Shown: positions 13,662 to 26,635, counted from the whole stretch's first letter. The stretch: 63,073 bases of DNA, filler included, from Choristocarpus tenellus KU-1152 (GCA_964200185.2; 12 parts of 12 records of this genome joined end to end with filler, not necessarily neighbours in it), one strand, 5' to 3'. Made by a program: numbers and translations. Notes: a model not told the origin generated them from the sequence alone.

Positions 13662-13921
13662 GAGTGAAACTATCTTAGAGGGCACGAATTTTTCCCTGTT
13701 TGTCCATTTGTGGGGCTTGGCTTCCCATGGGTTTTTTTATGACATTTTCCGACTCCAAAATGTTTTGTAGTAGGTAAAATGTATTCGTTATGAAAGGTGT
13801 GTCCGAAACGTGGATATTGACACTTCCTAACAAACACGATAACCAAATTTACATCAAAATCACAACATTGGATTTTGACCCCCAAATGAACGCGGCTCTA
13901 CCCTCTAAGATACTTTGACTC
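13662..13921 (-). mobile_element. MITE family A
   Basis: Full-length copy with both TIRs; flanks AAA / AAA. Confidence 0.9.
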
Positions 13922-14771
13922 AAACATTTACTCTCTGTCTCTTTTCAGTATGAAATCGTATGCTGTTTGATATTCGTATTTATTATAACATAATTCTCGA
14001 GGGAAAGACAAATCTGAGCTTTAAAGACAGACCGACCAGATGAAATAAAGCAGCACCTCCCATCCCTCAGTCCTAATTTCAATTCATTCCCTTCCGTACA
14101 TACCACACGGACCTGTTATTTATCGATCCCTGTCACACCCTCTCAATTTTCGCCATGTCTAGCATTCCCTCAACAACAACTCACCCGCCTGTCGATGGCC
14201 CTGCCCACGGATGGAGAACGTGGGACAGCAATCTGAAGGGCATGTCATCGCTCCTACAAGATCACTATCTGGGCACGTACCGGATGAAACTGGGCAACAT
14301 CAGATGCACGGAGATGGTGCGTCCACTGAGCGAGAGTGGCCTTGCGCGCGNNNNNNNNNNNNNNNNNNNNNNNNNNNNNNNNNNNNNNNNNNNNTTAATT
14401 AATTAANNNNNNNNNNNNNNNNNNNNNNNNNNNNNNNNNNNNNNNNNNNNGATGGACGAAGCTAACACTGGCAGCGAAGCTCTACCACGTAGTGATGTCA
14501 CAAGTAACTGTTATCAGAGCCAACTCCCTTCGCATTCATTCCCTCATCTCCCTCCATACTACAGTGAGCAATGGAAAAATGGTCATAAATGTATTTAAAT
14601 GGGAAAAGCTTAATACTATGTCATGTAGTACTATGCAATTATGCGCCCAAGGCCAAGGCCGAATAGGTTGAACAAATACTACATGGGCAGCCAGTAACAC
14701 CAGGCAGTCACAACTGTCACTTGCAGCAGCCACAAGCGACATATGCGCAGGTCGAAAAAAAGTCCTTCGAG

Positions 14772-14811
<40 letters not shown>

Positions 14812-14823
14812 TAATAATAATAA
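14772..14823. repeat. (AAT)n microsatellite
   Basis: Direct reading. Confidence 0.95.
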
Positions 14824-15649
14824 GCATAGAATTCTATTACTATAATATATAGCAACCACTACCTACAGTAACAAAAATAGAGCCGTTGATTCAATGAAGG
14901 AATGATGTGTGTTTAGGATATACAAAACAACATATTTTCAATCTCAACGTGATGCAATGTCTCCACAATACAACAATAGTGTTTAAGTACCTCTCTTAGT
15001 GAGGAGGACAGTGCTAGGTATAATTTTTAATTGCATCTCAGTGTGTGGTATCTAGTAAAGGGTATGTGAGGCAACAACAAGTTTCTAGTCTTCGCAGTAG
15101 TAAACCATCCCTGTGCTCCATGTATCATGAGGATATCATGTGTGCTTGAAGAAGTGATGCTGCCCTTGTTCACAGAGTGGTTATGTGATAGGGGTAGGAA
15201 AATTGAAGCGTGTGTCATTCCTCCTCCTGTTTTCAATGTTGCTATTTTAGAGGCATGTTTGGCGGTGGTGAAAGTCGCTTGACGATCTTGTTCTATGAAC
15301 ACATCAAATACTGTGCATGTGTGCATGGTGGGTCCTCACAAGAGCCTTGTACAATTTGTTTCCACTTGAGACAAGGTTACAGGTTTTGCTCTTCATCCAT
15401 GCTATTGGAAATGCTCAGTTCTTTTGTAAAAGTATTAGATTTCTGTATGGTCCAAGGATGTCAATGGATTTGATAAGTATCAATTCTTCAAAGCAACTGA
15501 GACAGATTTGGGCTGAGGGGAGGAGGGGTGGAAGAAAATGACATGTCTGAGCTATAAATTCTATTGCTTTTTGGAAAAGAGGAGATGCACAAAAAGTGGA
15601 AAGTACAAGCGAGGTGTAACAATGGGACATGATCGTATATCACTATGCT

Positions 15650-16620
15650 GACACATCATGTGGCATGCCTCCAGTCTTGAAAGCAACGCCCGTGATGGCA
15701 AAGAACCAATACTCGTCGCCCAGCCCAGCCTTTGCCAGTTGACTCCTTGCTGCCCCTATGAGTTGCTTTATCGCCCTTACAGCGATTCCGTTGCTCTGTG
15801 GTGTTCTTGGTGGATATTTCCTCCATTGGGTACCGTTGTTCGCCAGCATCCTTTGGAACTTCACTGATCTCCCAAGCTCGCCAGCACCATCCCCACTGAT
15901 GCATTTGACTGGTATACCTTCCCTGGCCATCTGGTCGATATAAACAGCGAGTGAAAGTATCTTAGAGAGTACGGGTTTTACGGTGTTTGTCCATTTGGGG
16001 CTTGGCTTCCCGTCCTTTTTTTAATGACATTTTTCCTACTCCAAAATGTTTCGGAGTAGGTAAAATGTGTATGTTATGAGAAGGTGTGTCCGGAACAAGG
16101 ATATTGACACTTTGAAATTAATATGATAGCCAAAACTACATAAATATCGCAACATTGGAGTTTGACCCCCAAATGGACACGACTGTACCCTCTAAGATAC
16201 TTTGGCTCAGCGGTTGCGTCCATCGCTGCGTTTTTCGTTTTCAATCCATACAGCCTCTTGTCTCGGCTGCTCTCGTCAACAAACACCTGAAAATATTGGT
16301 GGCCAGAGATGTCTGCTTTAAAAGGTCCCGCCAATTCTGTGTGGACAACCTCGCCGGGTTGCTTGGGGGTCCTGCCACCCCGTTGATAGCTTAGGGCCTT
16401 GGACTTGCATTCCTTGCAGGTCTCGCATTGCAGTTCTGACGCCACAGTAGTGTCAGTGATCTATAAAATTCCACGTTTCTCGAGATGCTTTATTGCTGAT
16501 GGGTTGATGTGTCCCAATATGTTGTGCCAGTCCTTCAATGTCAGCCTCTGCTTTTGGTTGGCTCGTGCAGCGCTGGCTCTCGATTCTTGTTCCATGGTAA
16601 TTATGGTTCCGGTTAAATTT
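15650..16620 (-). mobile_element. Ty1/Copia GAG-pre-integrase plus integrase fragment
   Basis: WHNILGH...CETC..K, VHTELAGP, FVDESSR, ISGDGAGE, PPRTPQSNG.A.R, YWFFA; contains a stop codon and a MITE insertion. Confidence 0.88.
15949..16208 (-). mobile_element. MITE family A inserted in Copia integrase
   Basis: GAGTGAAAGTATCTTAGAG...CTCTAAGATACTTTGGCTC; 3-bp TSD AGC at 15946-15948 and 16209-16211. Confidence 0.92.
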
Positions 16621-17121
16621 AAGAACCCCCCCGATTTTTGTAAGAAAAGTCTTTCTTGCTTAGACCTCCATAAATGACAAAGTCCTATACTCCACTAGAA
16701 TAATGAGTGTTACTGCCTCAAAGTATCCTGTGCAATAACTTTGTGAAAATCAAGCAGGTGGTTTGTTAATTAGAACTGTTTTGCCTACGGACAGATACGG
16801 AAGGTGCACCCTTACCTCATCATGAAATGGCTTCAATATTCCTATATTAGACTGTTACGTTGATGTTCTTTGAACAGTTTGCTACTGTGGCAATGGAAAG
16901 CAACAACATATTGACAAGAATGATCATTCCTGTTACACTATAATAATATACCTACATGGTCACAAGCAACTCAGTTCCTGAAAATACCAAAGGCCAATGT
17001 GTTCGCACACTGGCATAATCTTTATTGTTTTAATTTATTTTCTTCTATGTATTGTTAAGTTTCAATTATTCAACTTGTTGTGACTTCTGCTTCTCCACAT
17101 CTTCAACTAGCATAATTAAAA

Positions 17122-17160
17122 GGGTCAAAGTATCTTGGGCGGGGGGTGGTTTGTGAGGGG
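17122..17160 (+). mobile_element. MITE family B terminus at contig end
   Basis: GGGTCAAAGTATCTTGGGCGGGGGGTGG resembles the family B TIR. Confidence 0.6.
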
Positions 17161-17260
17161 NNNNNNNNNNNNNNNNNNNNNNNNNNNNNNNNNNNNNNNN
17201 NNNNTTAATTAATTAANNNNNNNNNNNNNNNNNNNNNNNNNNNNNNNNNNNNNNNNNNNN

Positions 17261-17302
17261 CCCCAAATGGACGCGGCTCTACCCTCTCAGATACTTTGGC
17301 TC
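17261..17302 (-). mobile_element. MITE family A terminus at contig start
   Basis: CCCCAAATGGACGCGGCTCTACCCTCTCAGATACTTTGGCTC. Confidence 0.85.
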
Positions 17303-17899
17303 ATTTGCCACTTCTGCTGCTCTCTAAATGACATGTCCCAATCACTCTGCATTCTAGTTAGTATAGTATTGCATCGTTTGAAACCGTTGATGCTCGTTGT
17401 GTAGAATCTTTACCGAAAATTCTTCAAGAACCTGTCCAAACATTCTATTTTTAGGTCTTGGGTGGTACCATAGAATGGCGTTTAACAAGTGAATTGACAG
17501 ATTGCAATCGTCTGTTGACACCCCTGTTGTTAAAGCATCTCCCAAATCATCAAAGAGGATAAAGGTGATAATCCCAGCGAGATTGCTTGATGTCTGTAGA
17601 GTGATTGATTAAAGTTTAGTAGGGCATGCAGCACCCCATAAGATCAGAAATATTTCCTTTTATATGAGAATTTTTCTCGTACAACTAATCACTGGTAAAA
17701 GGTTCTGACAACTCAACCACTAATTCATTGTTCCTTTACTCCGTACACATTTTTACCGTAACTGTCCGATAGAGTTGGAAGAGTCTAATCGAACACCTGG
17801 TCCTATTAACCTCTCCAAAGTCGTGGAAAGATATTCACAAGGTTTTTCGTTGACGCAGTCACCCCCTCCCATGCTATTTCCTTGTTGGGACTTCGTCCG

Positions 17900-19550
17900 A
17901 CCTCAACGAGAAAGGCAATGTCTACAAAGAGAAGTGGAGCGATTCTCGAACTTGGTCCCAGCAATATACTGGTTGAGAATAATGCCATGGAGGCCTTGGG
18001 TGCAATCCTTGATTGGCAAGAGCAACGGCCGTCCAAAGTATTTGTGAACTATTTAGTAGTTCCACTACTGTGTTTCGTGCAGTGGACCCAGAGTAATTGC
18101 GTAAGGAGCAGGAATCCGAGTTCAGACCATATTTCCGGAATTTGCAGTCCCCCAACGTCGCCCCACCACCTGATAAGGAATCAAAGACGTCTATGTAGCA
18201 TTTTACCTTTCGTAATGGCTTGCTGTATCGTTCGTACTTACCAGTTCATCTTCGTAAGAGGAGCACGTTTAGAGACCAGTAGGCCGTTCCTCGCTCGTTA
18301 GTCCGTCTTGTACTCCATGCTTGCCATGACCATGTGTTAAGCTGTCCTTGACGATCTGTTGTCCCACACAATCAGTAATGTTATTGTTTATTAACTTGTG
18401 TCCCAGCTAAGAAGAGAGTGAGATAACTTCACTAGGTGGGACTCACCAGTCCTTACATTGAATGACTCAGAATACCAAATGACTCAACGTTTCTCTAGTA
18501 CACGTCAGAAACACTCCGACTCTAATAGTCCGCCCAATACTTCTGGTCAAAAACCCCGCCTAAATATCCCGAATGTCCCGCATTATCTTCTGTGCGTACA
18601 TAAAATAATACTTCAAATCATATTCTCACAAATGGTCAAGCATAATCTTGACACCATGCATTGTCTGGAGGCCACTTAGGTTTCAAACCCACGTTCGATA
18701 AGGTTAGAGACTTGTATTGGTGGCCAACATTCAATATCGACGTTCGTACATGGTGTCGTGATTGTCAAGCATGCCAAACGCGCAAGGCTGCCCATAACAA
18801 AGCTACGCTTCCCACTGACCATATTCCCGTTGATAGACCATTTCAACGTGTTGCTATTGATTTGGAAGAGTACAAACCACGTTTCCCCAGCAGCAAATGT
18901 TGTGATGTGCTCGTATGTGTTGTCTGCCATTGATCACCTCACTGGTTTTGGTGTGCTGAGCCCTGTTCCAAATATAGAGGCCGCAACAATTGCTCGTACG
19001 CTGGTAGAACATGTATTTTCAACTTTTTACCCACCTGAGTTGTTGTTGCACTCTGATCAAGGCATCGAATTTGAAAACAGTATTGTTGCAGAGTTGCAGT
19101 CTGTCTTTGGTTACAAGAAAACCAAAACCACACCGCATCACCCCCAAGGCAATCCAGTGTTAGAGAGAGTATATGCTATGCTACGTTGCATTCTATGCTA
19201 GCAACATATATCTCTGTTGCTGAGGATAACTGAGCATCGTTAGCTGCCTTTCGTATAGATAGCCCATAACACAACGTTCAGTGCAAAGTTGCATGAAACT
19301 CTGTTTTTCCTTCTGTTTGGAAGACAAGCTCGTTTACCGGTTGGAATTTTCCTTGGTTTGTCTAATGCTGATTCAGATGTCACTACTGAAGAGTTTACTC
19401 TGCAAACCAAAGATAATTTACAGCTTGGATTTGAGTTGCCACGTCGTAATCTCCATGAACACGTTAAAAATCAGGAGCGTGTCTACCAACGTCTCGTGTT
19501 CCCCGTTTTCGTACCTGGTGATCAAGGTCTAGTCCATGTTGAAACCTGAA
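17900..19550 (+). mobile_element. Internally deleted Ty3/Gypsy pol relic (protease fragment joined almost directly to integrase)
   Basis: ILVENNAMEALGAILDW (compare ILLDNSIMSAFGAVLDW in the first Gypsy); GHLG..WWP..CRDCQAC; PFQRVAID; IDHLT; HSDQG.EFEN; TTPHHPQGN..ER; FFLLFGRQARLP. Confidence 0.88.
18335..18653. mobile_element. Solo LTR (319 bp) nested in the Gypsy integrase Zn-binding motif
   Basis: Termini TGTTAAG...CTTGACA; exact 5-bp TSD CCATG at 18330-18334 and 18654-18658. Confidence 0.88.
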
Positions 19551-21338
19551 TCGAATACATTGTACATGCAAGCAAAATGCGTGGACTACGACCGATGAGG
19601 AATCATGGTCGTGCATGTTGAAACCTGAATCGAAGGCATTGTATATGTAAGCAAAATGCGTAGACTACTAGTGACGAGGAATCATGGTGTTGCAAAGCAC
19701 CGATGAGTGATATGCATACTCTATGCTATGGATAGGTGTGATCGTGCTGCAAAGCACCGATGTATTTATTCTGTTATAACTAAGGTCATTGATCTCTCAG
19801 TAAAATATGATGCGATGTGAATTCAGTATTCTCGGTTGCTCAATCCAGAATTATGTGATGTGAATTCAGTGTTCTTTCATGTGATACTCAACGAAAAAAG
19901 TTCATGCTCTGTGGAGAGNNNNNNNNNNNNNNNNNNNNNNNNNNNNNNNNNNNNNNNNNNNNTTAATTAATTAANNNNNNNNNNNNNNNNNNNNNNNNNN
20001 NNNNNNNNNNNNNNNNNNGGCAGTAATTGTTCCCGTTACAATTCTTTTATTTTTTATATTAACAGTGATTCGGTACGTAGGAACATTATCGAGTAAAAAA
20101 AAAGAAGCTAACAGACAAAAATTTTGCCGTGAAAGCCGGTGCTTGTTTGCATCAATGGGTTTAGAGGGGATACCATTGACGCAACATCACAACAGTTGGG
20201 GACAGGCAACACAGAGACAACAAGCACAATCCTAGTGGGAAAAGGCCATTTGCCAAACTCTCTTGGCACCCAGGCCAATCCGGCAAGGTGAGGGCGTTGT
20301 CACTCATTGTGCAGTTGCAAACCTTGTGTGCATCACCCACCAACACCAAAACAGAAGTCTACCCTTGTTGCTCTAGTGAAGCTGGCTCTGGAGCAACACC
20401 ATGGAGACCGGGGAGTTCATTCCGCCATGTCCCAGCACGGGACCATTTTTAAGTTAGAACTTGCACTATTTCCAACACCCCAAACTGTCCTGCTACCACA
20501 ATATATATTTTCTTCGACTTCGCGTGCAAATCCTTCCCACAGTGACAGTGAGTAGGGAACTCAAACAACTCAAACAAGAGGTTCAGGACGTGAGATTCTC
20601 AGGATAACAACGGGCATAGATGAACGCCGGCCGGCGGTTGCTGCACCTTGGTGTGAACATTACCAGAAATAAGAGGGCACCATACACCAGGGCACGGAGT
20701 GACTTTGACATGCTCCATCGTGAACCTTCAGGGTGGGGTCTATACTTCACAACAACAACAACAACAACAACAACTACAAAACGAAAGTCATGCCGTTTCA
20801 TAAAGTATATAATAAAAATATTTCTAACGTCCTGCCTCGTAGCATCAGTGATCACACATCATCACCACGAGCATCAGTCGGTTAGTTCTCGATAGGATTG
20901 GATATCGCAAAATTTCTTCCACCTCCAGGAAAATTCCGCAAGCACCTATTTGGGGCTAGGGTGATCGGTGATTGGCATCTGTGCACCCCTCTGCCTTTCC
21001 TCCGGTTCTGGCTGGTTGTCCCTCCAACCGTTTCATAGTGCACCTGCGTACTGTCCTCTGGCATCACCACCACAAAGGCTGAAAAATTTACTTGAAATTC
21101 TACAAGTTCCAAAATATATATATATATATATATATGCTTTCATAATTTTCCAAAATTAGAGTTGACAAACCTAATTTAAAAACAGATCTGTCCACTGGTC
21201 AGAACAGTCCCACTATCATCTGACGCGTCTCGGCCCATGTCCACTAGGTATTGTTGCACAGGTCCATGCTCACAGTCCAGACTGGGTCTAACACTCAATA
21301 CCATGTCCAGACCATGTCCAGACCATGTCCGCTGATCA

Positions 21339-21522
21339 GTTTAACTTCTCTTTTTTTCACATGCCCAGACTATCTCCAGACTATGTCCAGTACGTTTCAC
21401 ATCAGTCCAGACCAGTCTAGATCAGTCAATGAGTGAAAACAGTTAACTAGTACCAGACCAGCCTGACTCACAGAGACCCGTCCAGTTCGTTTGACCACTC
21501 GGTGTGAAAAGAGAGTTGAAAC
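21339..21522. repeat. Small inverted-repeat element within a GTCCAGAC-rich tract
   Basis: GTTTAACTTCTCTTTTTTTCACA pairs imperfectly with TGTGAAAAGAGAGTTGAAAC; multiple GTCCAGAC(C) motifs at 21260-21490. Confidence 0.5.
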
Positions 21523-22434
21523 ACAAAAGCAACCTACAATAAAAAAAATAGATATAAAACTGAGACGTTTGACCCATGTGAAAGTGGGTACATCATCTCC
21601 AAACGGATGATCACCTAAGACACCAAGACAATACCAATCAACAAACCAGAAATAACTGCAGAAGGCAACCTGCTACAGCACTGACTCTTTCACTGCAAAA
21701 AAAAAAGGCGTGCTTCACTCAACTTTTTTCTTTTATAGTTTTTCGCTTTACGAAAAGTGAGGTCATCTCGGTTATATATTATTCTACTAGTAGAGTAGTG
21801 AATTACCCTCATCCATACACAGATAGGGTATTACCTTTCACAAGCGGATTGTACTAGGTGACACCATCTCATCATCATCACCCGTCAAACTGCTCACAAT
21901 AACACACTCTTTCAAGGAGTTGAACAGAGTACAGGCGTTTGGTCAAAGCCCGCGCAGAGCAGGTCGATGCCTTATTTATTATTATTTTACATCTCGAAGG
22001 CAGTTACTTCACAAGAACAGAATCGATTCCGGGATATTCATCCCCTGTAGAATAATGACCACAAAAACGATATTTGAAGGCACTCTACGAGCAGCTCGGG
22101 TAGCTTGGGACTGATAGAATAATAATGACCACAAAAAAAAAAAAGATAAGACGAATAGACAAATAAAATAAAACCTTGACGAAATTTAGTACCTCTTTCA
22201 GAACGCATGCATCAGACAGGATGAAAGAAGGTAAGGTCTACTCCAGACAAGATGTTTCAACACATTAAAACAACGGAACAACCATGCACAGGAAAAAGAA
22301 CACGGTGTGTCCATTAAAAAAAATAAAAAAAACACACACACAGTAAATCGGTCTCCCACACATCGATTTTTCGATTTTCCCACGACCCTGGCACCAGTTC
22401 CATTTTTTAGTTCAAAAAGTAATCTTAGTCTCAC

Positions 22435-23316
22435 CTTCTATGACAGCCATGTCCTGCGGGTCTGCCACAATCACCCTCAGAATTGACAGGACCGACCTAA
22501 AGCTCTCATTATCACCCACACATACCCTTATCCTTCTCATCTCTGGACCATCCATCCTCCAAAACCGGACCTTTTGTACCAGCAACGGATCCCCAGGATC
22601 CAATCGCAATTCCAGCGGAACCTACATACTCACAGTTTTCGTCAAACCAGGGAGGCATGCACGGGAGCCACGGGTGTGGATTTTGATTCTATTATTCCTT
22701 TGAAGTGTTAGGGATGATGAATGAGAGAAGTTTGGTGCTAGGTTTGTACTCTGGGGAGACGGACTTAAAACTCGAACAAAGTGGGGTTTGCATTGCAGAG
22801 GCGTCGTCATCAAGGCCTAAATGAAGTATACCAACGAAACTTGACAAGGGCACAGTATCCAAAGATGGGAGAAACCAGAAAAAAGAAGAGGAAAATGGGG
22901 TATGGAAAACAAAAGCAGAAGGATAACAGTGAGCTCTGTGGCTGGCTACGGCAGCTACAAGGCTGCATAGTGGCTACGAATGACCCACTCCGGGCACATG
23001 ATGTAATGTCATACACTGATTCGAAGGAAGGGAAGAGGGGGGGCACTTTGTTCTTGGGTAAACAATGACATTTGACAGCAACACACACAACCCAGATAAC
23101 AGGGTACACCAACGTGAAGGGAGACACACCTCGTTGGGGCAGAACCCATTGGCCTCTTCATTCTTTTCAATGGCAAAACCATAGTTGAGCAAAAAGCGAT
23201 GGTTACACTTTTGCCCATAGCTGTCATAAACCTGTGCCCCCATCCCTATTGGCTGGAGGGTGGTTATTGTGAAGGCCCCCCTCTCATTACTGTATGTCCA
23301 CTTCGTCTCTCGTGGT
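22435..23316 (-). CDS. SET-domain methyltransferase, SETD3/Rubisco-LSMT class; internal exons 23316-23130 and 22621-22435
   Basis: GAQVYDSYGQKCNHRFLLNYGF is the C-terminal SET motif of this family; in-frame GT-AG join NE|VPLELRL. Confidence 0.85.
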
Positions 23317-23410
23317 CTTTTTTGTTTTTCGTTCACAAAACGTGCAAGGGTTAGGGAATGAACGGGGCACGTGAGATGGGTATGAACAGAGAGGGGGGAA
23401 GTGGAGGCGA

Positions 23411-23460
23411 TGATTGCTGATTGCTGATTGCTGATTGCTGATTGCTGATTGCTGATTACT
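23411..23460. repeat. (GATTGCT)n heptamer microsatellite
   Basis: About 7 units, direct reading. Confidence 0.95.
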
Positions 23461-23722
23461 GTGGAGGAGTTGCATGCGGAGTTGCGTTCTGCCATCTGGC
23501 GGGTCAGTATCAACATGACTCGTTGAGATTGAAAGAAAAAAGTGAGGGGTATTTCGAGGAATAGTGTTTGCTTTGTTTGGGGAAAAAAAAAAAAGATGAA
23601 TGAAATTGATCACTGGATGATCAATTTGACATCAACCACACACTATTAAATAAATGTCACAAACTAGAGACTGGAGCATATGCGTCTCTGTCCATCACCC
23701 AAAATAGAACAACAGCTTCAGC

Positions 23723-24256
23723 CACTTCTTACAGGTGGGGTCCTGAAGCGATGCTTGAAATTGTCAAATGCATGCATTCGGTATTCATTTCTTACCTAGG
23801 CTATGCATGACTGATTCAAATTCTGATTTTCTATTTTTGCCATCAGGGAGGAAGCAACCCCCTTGTGGGGGAATACATGGTTGCAATATATGAGAAGTCT
23901 TTGAAAGGTCAGATTTTGGAGCCTTTCTTGAAGGCCTAGAAGTTCAGCAAGAGGTAGCCCATAGCTCATCAACTTGACAGGCGCCTACCACTATAGTTTA
24001 TGTCATGCGCAGTATACAAATTGATTTCTAGGCCGTCAAAGGGCGCTGAATTCTGACCTTTTAGGGACGAGTCATAGATTGGAACCATTCATTCCCTTGA
24101 GAACTGCTGCTTCCTCTCTGACATCAAATCAAAAATCGGAATTAAAACAAGTCACAAACAGCTCAAGACAAAAAAAAAGAAGTAATTAATCGGAATTGAA
24201 TGCACATGTCTTTTTCGCACGTTTGAATCGCACATCTGAACCGCCTCTAAGAAGTG
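23723..24256. mobile_element. Diverged ~530-bp foldback/palindromic element
   Basis: Arms of ~220 bp pair in several blocks: CACTTCTTA/TAAGAAGTG, CAGGGAGGAAGCA/TGCTTCCTCTCTG, AAGGTCAGA/TCTGACCTT, GGCCTAGAA/TTCTAGGCC. Confidence 0.8.
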
Positions 24257-24938
24257 ACCTAAAGAGTTAAAATCGACAACGAAAATGTTATCACTAAACG
24301 TTATCACTACAACAACCACGGATCCAAACATAGCTCAAGATATAGTGCAGGCCGCCGCCCTTAAGGAAAACAGGATTTCACCGCCAACTGAACACCGGGG
24401 GGGAGGCTCGACAGGTTTGGTACAATGACATGTATACCAACGACGGTATAAGCAAAATCCATCATACCTCCATTGGGGTATTCCACTGTTCACACCATAT
24501 CACCAGCAAAACCCTAACCCTAATTTCCTCCCTCAAAACAACCACACTATTGATTAACACTTCAGAGTCAGTATGTTCGCACAAGACCTCTCGTTGTGTT
24601 CCTTGTTACAACTCACCCCCTCACAAGTAACACACAACAACAACACACCTCCTATACGTTATAGTGTCGACCCCCCCGCGACCACCACCCCACCCCCTCC
24701 GCGCCCCCCGGCGCCCCAACGCCCACAGCNNNNNNNNNNNNNNNNNNNNNNNNNNNNNNNNNNNNNNNNNNNNTTAATTAATTAANNNNNNNNNNNNNNN
24801 NNNNNNNNNNNNNNNNNNNNNNNNNNNNNCTCCTTTTTTTTTTTTTTCCCCCCCCCACCCCCCCCCCAACCAACCCCACCCCCCCCCCCCCCCCCCCCCC
24901 CCCACCCCCAAAAAATAAACTAAAATCACTGCTCGCAC

Positions 24939-26588
24939 CTAAACTCATTCCTGAAGAACTCTGGACAGTAAGGCAGTGGGTGCACTAGGTCACCAGTCCA
25001 TCGCCCGCACCGACAAGCCAGTTCCTCCAAGCCCTCATCATTGCAGTAGAGAGCACCATGCCTCTTGCCCGTGGCGATCCCTTGCGCTCCAGTGAGCGTT
25101 GCCATGTCTATGATCACAGACGGGGACAGGTGGGCAGAGGCGTACGCGACCCCGTCCCCCAAGACGAGGCGGCCCTCGGCATCGGTGTTGTTTATCTCAA
25201 CCTTCGTTGTTGGTAAAGGGCATGAAGGCGTGATGATGGTGAGAAAAGGAGTTCTTGTCTCTCTCTCTCTCTCTTGTCTTGTACGGGGGTGGAGGTTTTG
25301 AGAAGGGCAAAAGAGGGGTTAGGGTTTGATGAATTGAGGATTAGCGTACTACGCGGTTGTGTTTTTTTTTTATCATTATTTTTATTTATTTTTTTGTCGT
25401 TTAAGAGTACCATTTTACCGCTCTAAGGAGGGAAGACGAACAAATGGACAAAATGAATCCATTCCACCTTTTAATCATCAGAATGGACAAAATAAATCCA
25501 TTCCACCTTTTAATCGTCAGAATGGACAAAATGAATCCATTCCACCTTTTAATCGTCAGAATGGACAAAATGAATCCATTCCACCTTTTAATCGTCACCA
25601 CCTTGAGGTGTTTATTGTCGTAAGTAAAAAAAGTAAGCACACCTCAATCACACCAACCGTTTGAAGTTTGAAGTTTGAAGGTTGAGGTTTGAATTGAAGT
25701 TTGACGCACCACCGTCCGTCCGTGTCGGGACGGATCAGATACCCCTAACCCTAAGAAATTATAATAAAAAAAGGGGTACGGTAACTCACGGGCGCCCGCT
25801 GGCAATCGCTCCAGAGTTGTGAGACGAAAACTATCACACGACCGTTTTGTTTGGTTCTTTTTTCTTTTTCACTATACCCTTATTGTGATTCTTTTTCACT
25901 GTACCCTTATTGCGATTCTTTTTCACTGTACCCTTATTGCGATTCTTACTTCGATGGGCGTACTGCTGTTGTCTTGCCAAGTAATACTTCTACACGGTAG
26001 TATATTTTATATTTTATAACATTCAAAGTTTCGAGTCCCTGCTCTTTTCGTTATTATTATTTTTTCTTAAGAGTGGAAGTATTAAAAAAAAATCAATAAT
26101 GTCTTTATCTACACCCGGCCTTTTCAACAACGAGACTTTTTTTTTTTATAGTTGAAAATTCTTGTATGATATATGCAAAACTATACCTCTTCAGGAGTGG
26201 CTACTTTGAAAAAAAACAGAAGGGAAGAGTGCATTCACTTACAGAGCATATGCTCTACAATACACCATCATCATCAGGCAAAACACACACGCATACTCAC
26301 ATACACAAACACATACACAAAAAAATACACACGGATGATGAGCCACCGCCACAAGCTGCATCTCCTCTCACGACAGCGAGGTGCTTACCGTATCAACCGA
26401 ATTAGGTAGGGACTACTCTTAACGACAACAATCGGAATCACTATTGCAGAATTAATTAACGCTCTCACAGGCACTGCGGACAGAAATAAAAACCAAGAAC
26501 AGTTGCACCAAGATTATTTTTAAAAAATCTTTAAAAAAAGAACAAAAAAAAGATATTCAATTGCAGCATGCAAACATCACAGCACCCC

Positions 26589-26635
<47 letters not shown>

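Noticed and set aside
8115-14350. Fanzor/TnpB cargo next to the Sola-like or mariner transposases
   Set aside because: No RuvC/Zn-finger ORF recognisable in any frame near these elements.
14155-14350. ORF start with good Kozak-like context at contig end
   Set aside because: Only 65 codons before the gap and no recognisable domain.
25442-25597. 39-bp repeats resembling a CRISPR array
   Set aside because: Units are head-to-tail with no unique spacers, there are no cas genes, and it lies in a eukaryotic intron.
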